Notes under the pieces: model-generated
Told to the model about the DNA's origin: nothing
The model's database searches: none
What the model saw: the letters and a program-made list of their open reading frames with translations, nothing else
Program-made: the position numbers and the translations under genes
In this document: piece by piece, positions 17,436 through 23,565 of the stretch
Layout: each line of letters starts with the position of its first letter
Position numbering within the stretch: the first letter of the stretch is position 1
Source: a virus
Taxonomy: Duplodnaviria > Caudoviricetes
Virus record (IMG/VR): IMGVR_UViG_3300035148_000128
Location: 1 to 40,627 of that record
Length of the DNA: 40,627 bases
Reading direction: 5' to 3' (one strand)

Positions 17436-18181
17436 GACTTATGTCCCTTATAGTAGTTTCGAATCGGGTTTGCCTGGTAAGACAAAGCTAGACAAGGGCG
17501 ACTATCCTCGGCAATTGTCGCGTGTACATCCAGTTCAAAACGTGAGTCTGTAGTCCACCCAACGTCGTCCGAGAACGAGGTATGCGGGATCTTCAACTTG
17601 TCATAGAAATCACTCAAAGATGCATATGAGTTGTGAATAAGCTCGAAATTAATCTCATTCTGCGCTCGTCGAATGTTGTCCATATTGCTCCAGAAATATC
17701 GACCAGAGAAACTCTCGTAGCACAAAACATCGCCATTCCCCATAAGAACAACGCTGCGATCGTCCTTATTGGTCACGTTCCTCTGAGCAATATCTTCGCG
17801 AATACCAAGTTCTCGCCGAGCGCCAACTGCCTCAACCGTCTGCTCTCGGTATTGTGTGAACGCTCTATCCGTAATGGTATAAGCCGCAGCCAAAGCAGAA
17901 ATACGACGCTCGCTGAGACGCGTCATAGCCCCGATGCAAATAATCGTCGCCGAAGCTGCCAAAACGGTCGGCATGTAAGATGGCGCGACCAGGCGAAATC
18001 GCTCTTGTGCAGAAATATAAGCGCCGGCCGTCTCTTCCTCAACGACGTCCCGAGCCTTTTCGGCTCCTCGCGCTGCGCAATACGCGGTAGTAATGGTTCC
18101 GACAATTGCGGCGCCTGCCAGAATAATTACCGAGTGTCTAGTTACAAACTTGGTTGCCCTATCAAAAACTACGTCAAACAC
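17432..18181 (-). CDS. DUF6353-like membrane-associated protein (paralog of 13576-14481)
   Basis: HSVIIL + TM ... YMP + TM ... RRISALAAAY ... YREQ ... ASLSDFYDKL ... DVGW. Confidence 0.75.
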   Translation of the reverse strand: MFDVVFDRATKFVTRHSVIILAGAAIVGTITTAYCAARGAEKARDVVEEETAGAYISAQERFRLVAPSYMPTVLAASATIICIGAMTRLSERRISALAAAYTITDRAFTQYREQTVEAVGARRELGIREDIAQRNVTNKDDRSVVLMGNGDVLCYESFSGRYFWSNMDNIRRAQNEINFELIHNSYASLSDFYDKLKIPHTSFSDDVGWTTDSRFELDVHATIAEDSRPCLALSYQANPIRNYYKGHKS

Positions 18182-18209
18182 AAGGATCTCCCATTCCTAA
18201 AATGAAAAG

Positions 18210-18236
18210 CCATGACACCGTGTTAGGGTGTCATGG
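18210..18236 (-). terminator. Hairpin terminator with CTAACAC loop
   Basis: CCATGACACC-CTAACAC-GGTGTCATGG then CTTTT. Confidence 0.75.
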
Positions 18237-18257
18237 GGTTGGGGACATTAGAGATTT

Positions 18258-18437
18258 TTACTTGGTGAAACGCTTGCCAAGCACGAACATGATCGTCCCC
18301 CAGAAGAGGACGCGAAGAATCTGAGATCCGAGAGTCTCGATGATTTCAGACTTGTCTGAGTTCGAGTTTCGGGGCATCACATTCAACGGGTCTTCCGCTG
18401 TTGGAACTTTGATGGTGTACGAGGGATTGAGTCTCAT
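18258..18437 (-). CDS. Small cassette membrane peptide (59 aa, not in ORF track)
   Basis: AGGAGG RBS; MRLNPSY...ILRVLFWGTIMFVLGKRFTK. Confidence 0.7.
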   Translation of the reverse strand: MRLNPSYTIKVPTAEDPLNVMPRNSNSDKSEIIETLGSQILRVLFWGTIMFVLGKRFTK

Positions 18438-18451
18438 TATTAACCTCCTAG

Positions 18452-18476
18452 GTCATTATAACCCATGTTTTTTTTG
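18452..18476 (-). promoter_or_regulatory. Repeated promoter motif
   Basis: CAAAAAAAACATGGGTTATAATGAC. Confidence 0.75.
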
Positions 18477-18480
18477 CGAA

Positions 18481-18516
18481 CCTCAAGACACTTTGTTTTC
18501 ACAAAATGTCTTAAGG
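18481..18516 (-). terminator. Long hairpin downstream of a cassette gene (no clear U-tract)
   Basis: CCTTAAGACATTTTG-TGAAAA-CAAAGTGTCTTGAGG. Confidence 0.55.
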
Positions 18517-18525
18517 CGTACCACG

Positions 18526-18681
18526 TCAGCTAGCGACAGGGGTGCTCTTCGACTTACGCTCTTCGTACGCGTTGTACAGCGCAAAAGCTCCGAGCATGGC
18601 GACGCTCGTTCCAAATGAAACGAGGATTGCCTGCGCGGTCTCTTGCCAGAACGGACGCCGGTCGAACTTGTAAATCTTCAT
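18526..18681 (-). CDS. Small cassette membrane peptide (51 aa)
   Basis: AAGGA RBS; MKIYKFDRRPFWQETAQAILVSFGTSVAMLGAFALY...KSTPVAS. Confidence 0.7.
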   Translation of the reverse strand: MKIYKFDRRPFWQETAQAILVSFGTSVAMLGAFALYNAYEERKSKSTPVAS

Positions 18682-18709
18682 GGAATATCCTTGTATGAGA
18701 GAGAACATG

Positions 18710-18733
18710 GTCATTATAAGCCGTGTTTTTTTG
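18710..18733 (-). promoter_or_regulatory. Repeated promoter motif
   Basis: CAAAAAAACACGGCTTATAATGAC. Confidence 0.75.
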
Positions 18734-18740
18734 ACGAACC

Positions 18741-18772
18741 TCAAGACACTTTGTTTTCACAGAGTGTCTTGA
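18741..18772 (-). terminator. Long hairpin downstream of a cassette gene (near-copy of 18481-18516)
   Basis: TCAAGACACTCTG-TGAAAA-CAAAGTGTCTTGA. Confidence 0.55.
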
Positions 18773-18783
18773 AGCTTACCACG

Positions 18784-18948
18784 TCAGCCAGCGGCGGGGG
18801 TGCTCTTCTGAGCAGCCTTAGCCGCCATCGCGGAGGACAGGCGGGACATGCCGTTGCGGACGATGGCAACGCCCATGAGGGCGACGCCAATGGCGGCAGC
18901 AGCCGTCACGACAGTCTTGGTGTCGATGGTGGTGCGGGTGTCATCCAT
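18784..18948 (-). CDS. Small cassette membrane peptide (54 aa, not in ORF track)
   Basis: AAAGGA RBS; MDDTRTTIDTKTVVTAAAAIGVALMGVAIVR...KSTPAAG. Confidence 0.7.
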   Translation of the reverse strand: MDDTRTTIDTKTVVTAAAAIGVALMGVAIVRNGMSRLSSAMAAKAAQKSTPAAG

Positions 18949-18977
18949 TACATTTCCTTTGGTTGACTGAATGGGTG

Positions 18978-19002
18978 GTCATTATAAGCTGTGTTTTTTT
19001 TG
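18978..19002 (-). promoter_or_regulatory. Repeated promoter motif
   Basis: A-tract followed by CACAGCTTATAATGAC on the minus strand. Confidence 0.75.
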
Positions 19003-19008
19003 AAAAAA

Positions 19009-19040
19009 ACTAAGAGACACTGTAATAAGTATCTCTTAGT
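19009..19040 (-). terminator. Hairpin terminator
   Basis: ACTAAGAGATACT-TATTAC-AGTGTCTCTTAGT then a T-tract. Confidence 0.75.
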
Positions 19041-19047
19041 CGCAGAG

Positions 19048-19056
19048 CTAGGTCAT
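19048..19056 (-). other. Two-codon minigene (Met-Thr-stop) in its own cassette
   Basis: GAAAGGAAACCCAC-ATG-ACC-TAG between promoter 19083-19106 and terminator 19009-19040. Confidence 0.6.
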
Positions 19057-19082
19057 GTGGGTTTCCTTTCGTAATAACCTTC

Positions 19083-19106
19083 TCATTATATCCCGTGTTT
19101 TTTCTG
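19083..19106 (-). promoter_or_regulatory. Repeated promoter motif
   Basis: CAGAAAAAACACGGGATATAATGA. Confidence 0.75.
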
Positions 19107-19115
19107 AAAACCGTT

Positions 19116-19134
19116 GACACCGTGTTAGGGTGTC
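19116..19134 (-). terminator. Hairpin terminator with CTAACAC loop
   Basis: GACACC-CTAACAC-GGTGTC then AACGGTTTT. Confidence 0.6.
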
Positions 19135-19145
19135 GTGGGTTTTAC

Positions 19146-19286
19146 TCATGGGGTGGTGAGGATGTTCTGCGTGAGCGGAGCGATCTCCTGGATTGTAGCC
19201 ATTGCGTCCTGCACCAGCACGAAGCTGATGATCGTGGCGGCGCTGAACACAAAGAAGCAAAGCAGGAGGTGGCGGAGGAAGCTCAT
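19146..19286 (-). CDS. Small cassette membrane peptide (46 aa, not in ORF track)
   Basis: GAAGGA RBS; MSFLRHLLLCFFVFSAATIISFVLVQDAMATIQEIAPLTQNILTTP. Confidence 0.7.
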   Translation of the reverse strand: MSFLRHLLLCFFVFSAATIISFVLVQDAMATIQEIAPLTQNILTTP

Positions 19287-19315
19287 AATTAGTCCTTCAG
19301 TTGCCTGAGTTGGTG

Positions 19316-19340
19316 GTCATTATAACCCGTGTTTTTTCTG
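19316..19340 (-). promoter_or_regulatory. Repeated promoter motif
   Basis: CAGAAAAAACACGGGTTATAATGAC. Confidence 0.75.
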
Positions 19341-19382
19341 AAAGTTTTCCGAAAATATCCCCCGGGGTTTTTTGCAGACAAA

Positions 19383-19420
19383 ACCATAGAAGCCGTGTAT
19401 GGCTTACACGTTTCTATGGT
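19383..19420 (-). terminator. Hairpin terminator
   Basis: ACCATAGAAACGTGTA-AGCCA-TACACGGCTTCTATGGT then TTT. Confidence 0.65.
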
Positions 19421-19438
19421 CTGTATCATTTCGGAAAC

Positions 19439-19708
19439 TCAGCGGGTTCGGAAGAGCAATCCGATCGCTTTAGAAGCGATGATATGAGTTCGCTCGTGAG
19501 AAACGATCAGCAGGACGGCGATAATGTTCGCTACGCCGATGGCTACCGTGTCGGGGTTGATGCTCGGGGACTTAAGAGCATACAACTTCGTCAACTGGGT
19601 CGTCATGGCGGCGTAAGCGTCACTATTAACGTCCTCGCCTTTCATCTCCAAGAAAACGTTTTCGATCGCTTCGGAAAGAAGATCTGGGGTTTTCTTACTA
19701 TAAAGCAT
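19439..19708 (-). CDS. Cassette membrane protein (89 aa)
   Basis: AGGAG RBS before ATG 19708; C-terminal TM PDTVAIGVANIIAVLLIV. Confidence 0.75.
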   Translation of the reverse strand: MLYSKKTPDLLSEAIENVFLEMKGEDVNSDAYAAMTTQLTKLYALKSPSINPDTVAIGVANIIAVLLIVSHERTHIIASKAIGLLFRTR

Positions 19709-19726
19709 GATTCTCCTAGATGAGGG

Positions 19727-19750
19727 GTCATTATAATCTGAGTTTTTTCT
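19727..19750 (-). promoter_or_regulatory. Repeated promoter motif (first of the array)
   Basis: AGAAAAAACTCAGATTATAATGAC; overlaps the TAG of the upstream gene. Confidence 0.7.
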
Positions 19751-20099
19751 AAAAGATATCACTATCGGTTTCGATAACCTCAAAACCGATCACACTATAC
19801 ATCCCCCAATCAAATGGCGCGTCATCCAATTCCAGAATATGCTGAATCCGCCCATCCTCTGCGACCTTGATTCGCATAGTCCCGACTACCTTAACTTTAC
19901 GGACCATTCTTTGGTAATTGAAGAACATAAGACAGCAAAGAAAAAAGTTCGAAAATAAAAGAAGTACCACCATGGTTCGCGCCCATTCATTATAAAACCC
20001 GGCAATAATTAGAAAACCCCAAAGAAAGATACAGAAAATAACCGCAGGCCAAACAGAACCCTTTTTGATATGCGTTTGCGTCACGCTACTCGTCCCCAT
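19749..20099 (-). CDS. Two-TM membrane protein, possible holin or lysis accessory
   Basis: Two hydrophobic helices; at the end of the tail operon. Confidence 0.6.
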   Translation of the reverse strand: MGTSSVTQTHIKKGSVWPAVIFCIFLWGFLIIAGFYNEWARTMVVLLLFSNFFLCCLMFFNYQRMVRKVKVVGTMRIKVAEDGRIQHILELDDAPFDWGMYSVIGFEVIETDSDIF

Positions 20100-20310
20100 T
20101 AACGTCTTTAGATTTAATAATCATCTCGTCAAGCGCGTCGCTCAACGCCATTCTGAAGTTTCGTTCAGCTTCATAGGCTTTCCGCCATCGTTCTGCTTCT
20201 TCAATCTTTTCGAGCATCGTTGCTCTAGGCACAAGATAACCCGTGAGGATCAACAATATAACAATAGACACAACTACTGGGGCAGACATGAAAGAAATTA
20301 ATTCAAGCAT
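20086..20310 (-). CDS. Single-TM coiled-coil membrane protein, possible holin or lysis accessory
   Basis: VVVSIVILLILTGYLVPR followed by a charged helix; GGGGAGG RBS. Confidence 0.65.
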   Translation of the reverse strand: MLELISFMSAPVVVSIVILLILTGYLVPRATMLEKIEEAERWRKAYEAERNFRMALSDALDEMIIKSKDVNGDE

Positions 20311-20322
20311 AACCTCCCCGTT

Positions 20323-21303
20323 CTATTGCGAGATCTTCCACACTCCGTTCACTCGAACATAGGGCCTGGCTAGTTTCCAAACACCATTTACGCGAATAAA
20401 AGGAACCGCGTCCTTCCATGTCGGGCCAATTAGAATACGTGCGCCCGCAATAGTTTTGACGCTCGCTCGGCCAGACCATGGACCATACCCATAAGAATTT
20501 CTGGCTCTTACCCAGATATAGTTTGTAGTGCCAGGAGTCAGTGGTTGGACTGCGACCCAGGTATCTGTCACCGTAAGAAAATTTGTTGGCGCGTTCGAAG
20601 ACGTAGAATAACCAATCTGATACTCAGTAATTAGCGCCCCGCCATTGCCGTTTGGCGAGAACTTGGCGCCACAAATATTCTGTCCGAAACTTGTGATCAC
20701 CGGCGTAGTAGGCGCGTCTGGAGCTCTCAAAGTCGTAGAGGAAGCTCTCGGAGAGAGAGCGCTCCAACCCCGAGAGTTGTGAGTCCTTGCCCAGAAATAA
20801 TAGACGATCCCACTGGTCAGCCCGGTGATGTTCAATGGCCCAGCGTAAGCCAAATATGTTTGCGGAGCCGCAGCGTTCGTGCCATATCCGATCTGACGGG
20901 AATCGATCGGGAACCCATTTGCCGCGCCGTCCCTAAAGGAGACTGTCAGGCTAGAGTTTGTAATGTTGGTAAATGTTGGCGCACTTGGCGCAGAAGGAAC
21001 TCCTCCGCGATCAATATAAACGCTGAACGCGGTTGGTCCGCCCATACTCTGGGTGCCTGTCGCAGTAAGAAGATTAAACTGAACCGTTTGGGAAGTGGTG
21101 ACAACGCCGGAACCGACTTTGATTACCGGCATCCCATTAGGATATGCAATTGTGGTTGTTGTCTTTACACCGTTTACCACATACTCAAACTTCAAGTGAT
21201 AATTAAAATTTGAATACCCTGCCTGGACGAGAAACTCAACTGTGGTTCCAGTGTCACGAATTGTCAGAGTACCTTTAGCCGACGCTTTTGTATAATCTGT
21301 CAT
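20323..21303 (-). CDS. Minor tail / putative receptor-binding protein with two fibronectin type III domains
   Basis: Two repeats P.AP..P ... GL.SG/PG..Y..W.R..NS.G.S/GP; C-terminal VRVNGVWK repeats. Confidence 0.8.
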   Translation of the reverse strand: MTDYTKASAKGTLTIRDTGTTVEFLVQAGYSNFNYHLKFEYVVNGVKTTTTIAYPNGMPVIKVGSGVVTTSQTVQFNLLTATGTQSMGGPTAFSVYIDRGGVPSAPSAPTFTNITNSSLTVSFRDGAANGFPIDSRQIGYGTNAAAPQTYLAYAGPLNITGLTSGIVYYFWARTHNSRGWSALSPRASSTTLRAPDAPTTPVITSFGQNICGAKFSPNGNGGALITEYQIGYSTSSNAPTNFLTVTDTWVAVQPLTPGTTNYIWVRARNSYGYGPWSGRASVKTIAGARILIGPTWKDAVPFIRVNGVWKLARPYVRVNGVWKISQ

Positions 21304-21310
21304 TTAATAC

Positions 21311-21553
21311 CTACGTAACAATCTTGAAGTAGATGTCTCCATCCGCGCCGCCAGACGGGTCCGTCGTGCCGTAAGAAATACCGGCCGCGGTCCTAAAAGC
21401 AGGCTTTCCAGAGGGCACGGAGACCTTAACCTGTGCGATGTAGTCACGAGTTCGATTGATTTCGCGAGCACCATACTTGACTCGGCCTTCGGGCCCATCG
21501 TCAGGCACTAGCTGATAGCCAGCATCAAGAGCGTTATCGCCGATACCTGCCAC
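21311..21553 (-). CDS. Small minor tail protein
   Basis: GAREINRTRD ... GTTDPSGGADGDIYFK; in the tail module. Confidence 0.65.
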   Translation of the reverse strand: MAGIGDNALDAGYQLVPDDGPEGRVKYGAREINRTRDYIAQVKVSVPSGKPAFRTAAGISYGTTDPSGGADGDIYFKIVT

Positions 21554-21565
21554 GTTGACTCCGTC

Positions 21566-22738
21566 CTAAGGAAAAGTGTTCCAATACTCGGTATCTGTAT
21601 AGTTGATCCAGTTTCTGAGATTCTGAGACTTCCAAGTGCCTGGAGTTTGCTTTGCATACAGTTCTAGCGAAGGATAAACGCGTTCTCCTTCTCCATCCGC
21701 GACAAAGATTTGTTCAACAACTCGCATAAAATTCACGACCATGTTCGTGCCCAGAACCTCAACAATATCTCCGAGAAAATAATCTTCATCATACTTATAC
21801 AAATTAACAATCTGTCCCTCGAAAGATTTATCTTCCCGATGCATACTCAGAGCTTCCAAGCCTCTGAATTCCAGAATGTTATCGATTTCCTCTGGGGTAA
21901 CATCCTCGATGTCGTCCATGTCGGTGACCTCAACGACAACTACCTTACGGGCATATCCTTCGGCATCCGGGTCAGAACCTTCTGCGTGCATTACCTTATT
22001 GCCTTGTTTGGACACCACATAAACAACATTCCTATATTCCGAGCTTTCGCTCGACTCACTCATCTCCCGAATCTTGTCAAACTCTGGACTAAAAGTTACA
22101 GGATTTAGGACGGTCTGAGCAGAAGTGCGATCGTTTCCGGAATACACATCGAAATATAGTTCGGAGGTGTCTAGATTTCGCACAATTCTAAAACCCAACT
22201 CGTTCGATGCACAAATCTCTTGAATTGCCGCGTAAACGGAAGTAGGGGCGATCTCGATAGTCATCTCACCAGAGGGTTCCGGGATTGTATTTTCATGGAA
22301 TAGCGATCCCTCAATAATGAATGGAAGTCTATCTTTCAGATCTACAACTCCAACAACACAAATATCATGAAAGATCTTCCTCGCAATCGCTGCGGGAGTT
22401 CCTGTAAGTTCCCACTTGAGACTTTCGGACATGTTTGAAAATGGAAGAATGGCCGCGCGACTTTCTAGAAGAGCTTCTAACGATCTGCCAAATATCTTGA
22501 AAATGGCATTGCCATCCACGTCATAGGACAGATTAAAATTTTCGACCATCATTACTCGGTAAGAACCCTCCAACGCAAGGGTATCCCCATGCGTCAGCAG
22601 TTGTGCATTCTTTGTGTTGAAGGGGAGAATAAGTTCGAAGTCTCCATAACCATTGAAACGTTCTGTCCAGATTAGTGAAGTGTATACGTCGATTAGCACT
22701 TCTCTTCGATAAAGGCTATCAAGTTTATAAAGATCCAT
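21566..22738 (-). CDS. Minor tail / baseplate hub protein (ReqiPepy6 Gp37-like)
   Basis: SLIWTERFNGYGDFEL ... GRSLE ... DYFLGDIV; follows Dit. Confidence 0.8.
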   Translation of the reverse strand: MDLYKLDSLYRREVLIDVYTSLIWTERFNGYGDFELILPFNTKNAQLLTHGDTLALEGSYRVMMVENFNLSYDVDGNAIFKIFGRSLEALLESRAAILPFSNMSESLKWELTGTPAAIARKIFHDICVVGVVDLKDRLPFIIEGSLFHENTIPEPSGEMTIEIAPTSVYAAIQEICASNELGFRIVRNLDTSELYFDVYSGNDRTSAQTVLNPVTFSPEFDKIREMSESSESSEYRNVVYVVSKQGNKVMHAEGSDPDAEGYARKVVVVEVTDMDDIEDVTPEEIDNILEFRGLEALSMHREDKSFEGQIVNLYKYDEDYFLGDIVEVLGTNMVVNFMRVVEQIFVADGEGERVYPSLELYAKQTPGTWKSQNLRNWINYTDTEYWNTFP

Positions 22739-23565
22739 CACAGACCCCCGTACAAAGACAAATAATTAAGAGAATATGTGTTGGGGGCCGCGTTATCCGA
22801 AGTTACTCGAAACCGATTCGCGCCTGGCTCTAGTTGAATCCAATAGGAATTAGGAGCTACTGCATACAAAATCGGTCGGCCGTCCCGGCCCAAGATCCAT
22901 ACACTTTTATCGCCAGACAACGTAGAGATAGAGAGTTTGTTTCCAGCGGGAACCTGCGCGCCGACTCCGAAAGATCTCGGCGTATCCTCCAAGGATCGAT
23001 GCTCAATCTGGAGTGATGTAAATGGCGAAACTGCGTTCACATAGAAAGTAATACCCGTGGCGACAGTCCCTGGATAGTCGACAACGAAATCGTTCATGGC
23101 GCCTGGCTGAAGAGTTCCACCAACCGAGTGCAAATCATTCATAGTAAAATCTGGCAAGAGACAGAGCACAGAGACATTCACCTCCGGCTGCCCCGTAAAG
23201 AATATAGTCTCAAAAGATTCGACACGCCCGTCGATAAAGAACACCCGATTATCGGACATGTGAAACAGCAACTGAATGCTAAGTTTAGGCATAAAGTATT
23301 CATAAAGATGATTTCGAATCTCCTGCACAGTTCTGTTACTATAGCGAGGCTCAATGCCAAGTTTTAGGCTGATAGTGCGAGGTTCTCGCCGACTTGATTG
23401 ATACTGAGAGCCGTCAATTCTAGCATAAGGCGTATGCGAAATCGTGGCCTTTACAGGGTCAAGTCCTGTAACGTCAAGAACTGTGACGCCATCACTAACC
23501 TCGCTAAGCGGCAAAATCAAATTCTGATACCGAAAAGGTTCATGAACTTCGACCTTAGTAAGCAT
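22738..23565 (-). CDS. Distal tail protein (Dit)
   Basis: Immediately after the tape measure gene; TGLDP...DG...RR.PR.I ... WIQLEPGAN. Confidence 0.8.
   Translation of the reverse strand: MLTKVEVHEPFRYQNLILPLSEVSDGVTVLDVTGLDPVKATISHTPYARIDGSQYQSSRREPRTISLKLGIEPRYSNRTVQEIRNHLYEYFMPKLSIQLLFHMSDNRVFFIDGRVESFETIFFTGQPEVNVSVLCLLPDFTMNDLHSVGGTLQPGAMNDFVVDYPGTVATGITFYVNAVSPFTSLQIEHRSLEDTPRSFGVGAQVPAGNKLSISTLSGDKSVWILGRDGRPILYAVAPNSYWIQLEPGANRFRVTSDNAAPNTYSLNYLSLYGGL

Noticed and set aside
19048-19260. 70-aa ORF from the track
   Set aside because: It runs across a terminator and a promoter and overlaps the better-supported 19146-19286 gene; only its last two codons have an RBS
18210-19750. CRISPR array or integron attC array
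   Set aside because: Repeats are degenerate promoter and terminator motifs spaced by RBS-bearing ORFs of variable length; no cas operon or tyrosine recombinase is present in the window
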